Positions 61,877-64,000 of a stretch of DNA of 64,000 nt are shown here, piece after piece. Source of the DNA: Ramazzottius varieornatus (taxonomy: Eukaryota; Animalia; Tardigrada); the NCBI GenBank assembly GCA_001949185.1, contig BDGG01000002.1, positions 1,447,145 to 1,511,144 of the forward strand. The letters are read 5' to 3'. The notes under the pieces were generated by a model that made no database searches, was not told the origin of the DNA, and saw only the letters and a program-made list of their open reading frames with translations. The position numbers and the translations under genes are program-made. Position 1 is the stretch's first letter. Every line of letters begins with the position of its first letter.

Positions 61877-64000
61877 TTATTTGGTCGCAACAGGTCGCTT
61901 GGCTTTCGTCGATTCGGTGCGCGGTTTCGAAGCAGCCTATAAAATATTTGGACTGTTACATTCAATATTGTCCGTTCCAAGCTACAGCCGCGGAATAGTC
62001 TCAACAAAACGAGTGAGATAAGGGAGTGTATTACCACGTACCATTTGCTGAAGCTGGTTGACCAGTTTATCCTTCTCGTTCCTCAGTTGTTTGGCTTCAT
62101 CCGCCGCCCGGATGTTCTTAGCACCGCTGATCTCGATCAGCGCAATATGGGCATCTTTTTCGCTGATAGCCGCTAAGATGGCTTCTTGTCTAATGAGAAC
62201 AAAATGAACAGAGTACTTTCTGGATTTCACCCATCGATCCAAAATCTATATTTAATCCACGATCTCCGCCACTAAGGCTTCTGTCTGGACCAGAGTGATG
62301 AAAATATTTTAAAGAATGCTGGTGTAAAAACTGTACCTTAGGTCGTCCATCTTTAATTCTAACGAGATGTGGTCTTCCATCAGTCGGGCCATCTGATTAT
62401 CCTTCTCATCGGACTGCGCTTGCACCCGTGCCAGCTCTTCGGCCAACCGTGTGTAGGTCTTTTCCATTTCCGTCAACTGGCCTTGACACTGTTTTACCTG
62501 CACAACCACATTGCTCAAAGAACACAGTTTCTCTGACCAGCGAAAATTTTCACAAAATACGTGCAGAACCTGGATAACGGAATACGGAATTTCTGTCAGT
62601 CTAGAGATATATTTGACCAGTACCTTTTCTTCGGCACTGCGCAGCTGTTCAGTTCGTTGAGCAATCACTTGTTCGCGTTCCTGCATCACACTGGCTGTTT
62701 GAGTCAGCGCCCCCTCCAGTTGAGCAATATGGTTTTCTTTTTCCCTGACCCGCGCATCAGTCTCCGCCGATCCCTGGTTGACGGTGGCCTGTTGTCGCTT
62801 CAACTGTTCACTCAGCTGGTGCGCCCTCTTTCGCTCACTATCATTCTCCGTCCTCAGCCTCTCCAGTTCCTGCTCCACCCGTTGCAGCTCGGCTTTCACA
62901 CTGCTCAGCTGTTGATCCTTCTGATTTCTTTCCTTCTCGGCCTCCTGCAACCTCGTCATCACCCGCTGTACTTCTTCCCCAACCTCACCATGCTGACTCT
63001 TGGCCAAGTTCAGTTGCTCATCTTGTTGCGAACAGATCTTCCGCAAGGACTCCGCTTCGCGCGCTACCTGTTCACGTTCTTTGGTCAGAGTTTGCACTTG
63101 CTGCTCCAACTGCGTGATCCTCCCCTTCAAGCGCTCAGTTTCTCCCACGGTCGTGTTCTTCTCATTTCGACTTTGCTCCAATTGTTTCTCCAAAGCCAAG
63201 CATCTCGCTCGTTGGGTCTCCGCTTCACGCGCCAAGGTTTCCGCCTCGTCAGCCACTTGTTGAGACTGGTCCTCCAGTTTTGTGCAGTAATCCCTGTAGG
63301 TGTTCATCTCCTGTTCCAATTCCTCCACGCGTCCACGGTAGTTCTTCAGCTCTTGATCCAAAGCCGTCGCTCGGGCCTTGTACGACTCGGTCTCTTGTGT
63401 CGTTTGGCTGCTTTGCTGCTTGGTGTTGCGCAGCTGCGTCTCGAGGTCTTCGCATTGCTTTCTCCAGTGGTCAGCTTCTTTCTGATAGTTCGATATCTGG
63501 ATTTTCAGGTCGGATATCTGAGTCTCATACTGTGAGACCTTCTGCCGCGCAGCTTCGACTTCACGGGTGTGCTGTGCCAGCTGAGATTTGGCATCGGCTA
63601 GCTGTTGTTCAAGCTGACCAATCTTCAGTTTGTTCCGTTCAGATTCGCTAACCGTCTGAATTTGTTCTCGCTTGATTTGGTCCAGCTGAGCTTCTAACTG
63701 ACGTACTCGCTCATGCGACTTCTCGTTCTCTTTCCTCAACGTTTCCATCTGTTGTTCAAAGACGACGACCCGTTGTCGAGCTCGTTCGGCCTCGGACTTG
63801 GCTTGTTCTTGGTCCAACGCGCTGCGTTCGTATTCCCGTTCCGTCACAGCCTTTTGTTGATTGAGCAACTCATACTGACTTTGAATCTGTTTCAGTCGGT
63901 TCTGTAACCGTTCGTTCTCCGAAGTGATCTGAGCCAGTTCTTCACCGGCCAAGAATATACGATTCTCGTAGTCTTCGGACTGTGACTTGTACGTCCGTTG
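61877..64000 (-). CDS. ERC/ELKS/CAST-like long coiled-coil protein, 3' part; 5' end lies outside the window and the last exon is tentative
   Basis: Heptad E/Q/K/R-rich ORF of more than 500 aa plus RQEAILAAISEKDAHIALIE, matching the conserved ERC-family motif KQEALLAAISEKDANIALLE. Confidence 0.8.

Noticed and set aside
62561-63535. 324-aa plus-strand ORF
   Set aside because: Antisense shadow of the coiled-coil exon; its L/F/Q-rich composition is expected from the reverse complement.

Overview
Compact, intron-rich animal genomic DNA with one 50-N gap at 14687-14736. The short GT-AG introns, a bacterial-type clade II catalase and an NR-motif orphan GPCR suggest a tardigrade (Ramazzottius-like); this identification is inference. 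The first ~16 kb is mostly decayed transposons (piggyBac, pogo, mariner, TA-flanked MITEs) plus a probable GPCR pseudogene and a nuclear receptor. The rest is gene-dense: TPP2, cytochrome b5 reductase, a MADF-like gene with a nested RGG reading frame, a signal-peptide-bearing large-subunit catalase, a PDZ protein, an inactive serine protease homolog, an intronless bacterial-like methyltransferase, an SQ/TQ-rich orphan, Aurora kinase, PPAT, an AKH/GnRH-type receptor, a 105-aa protamine-like gene missed by the ORF track, and the 3' part of an ERC/ELKS-like gene. The most striking unexplained structure is a dispersed modular palindrome family (AAGTGGCGCAC-N24-26-GTGCGCCACTT) at about 11 loci, mostly in introns. 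All exon structures were assembled by hand from GT/AG sites and reading phase; no database searches were run.
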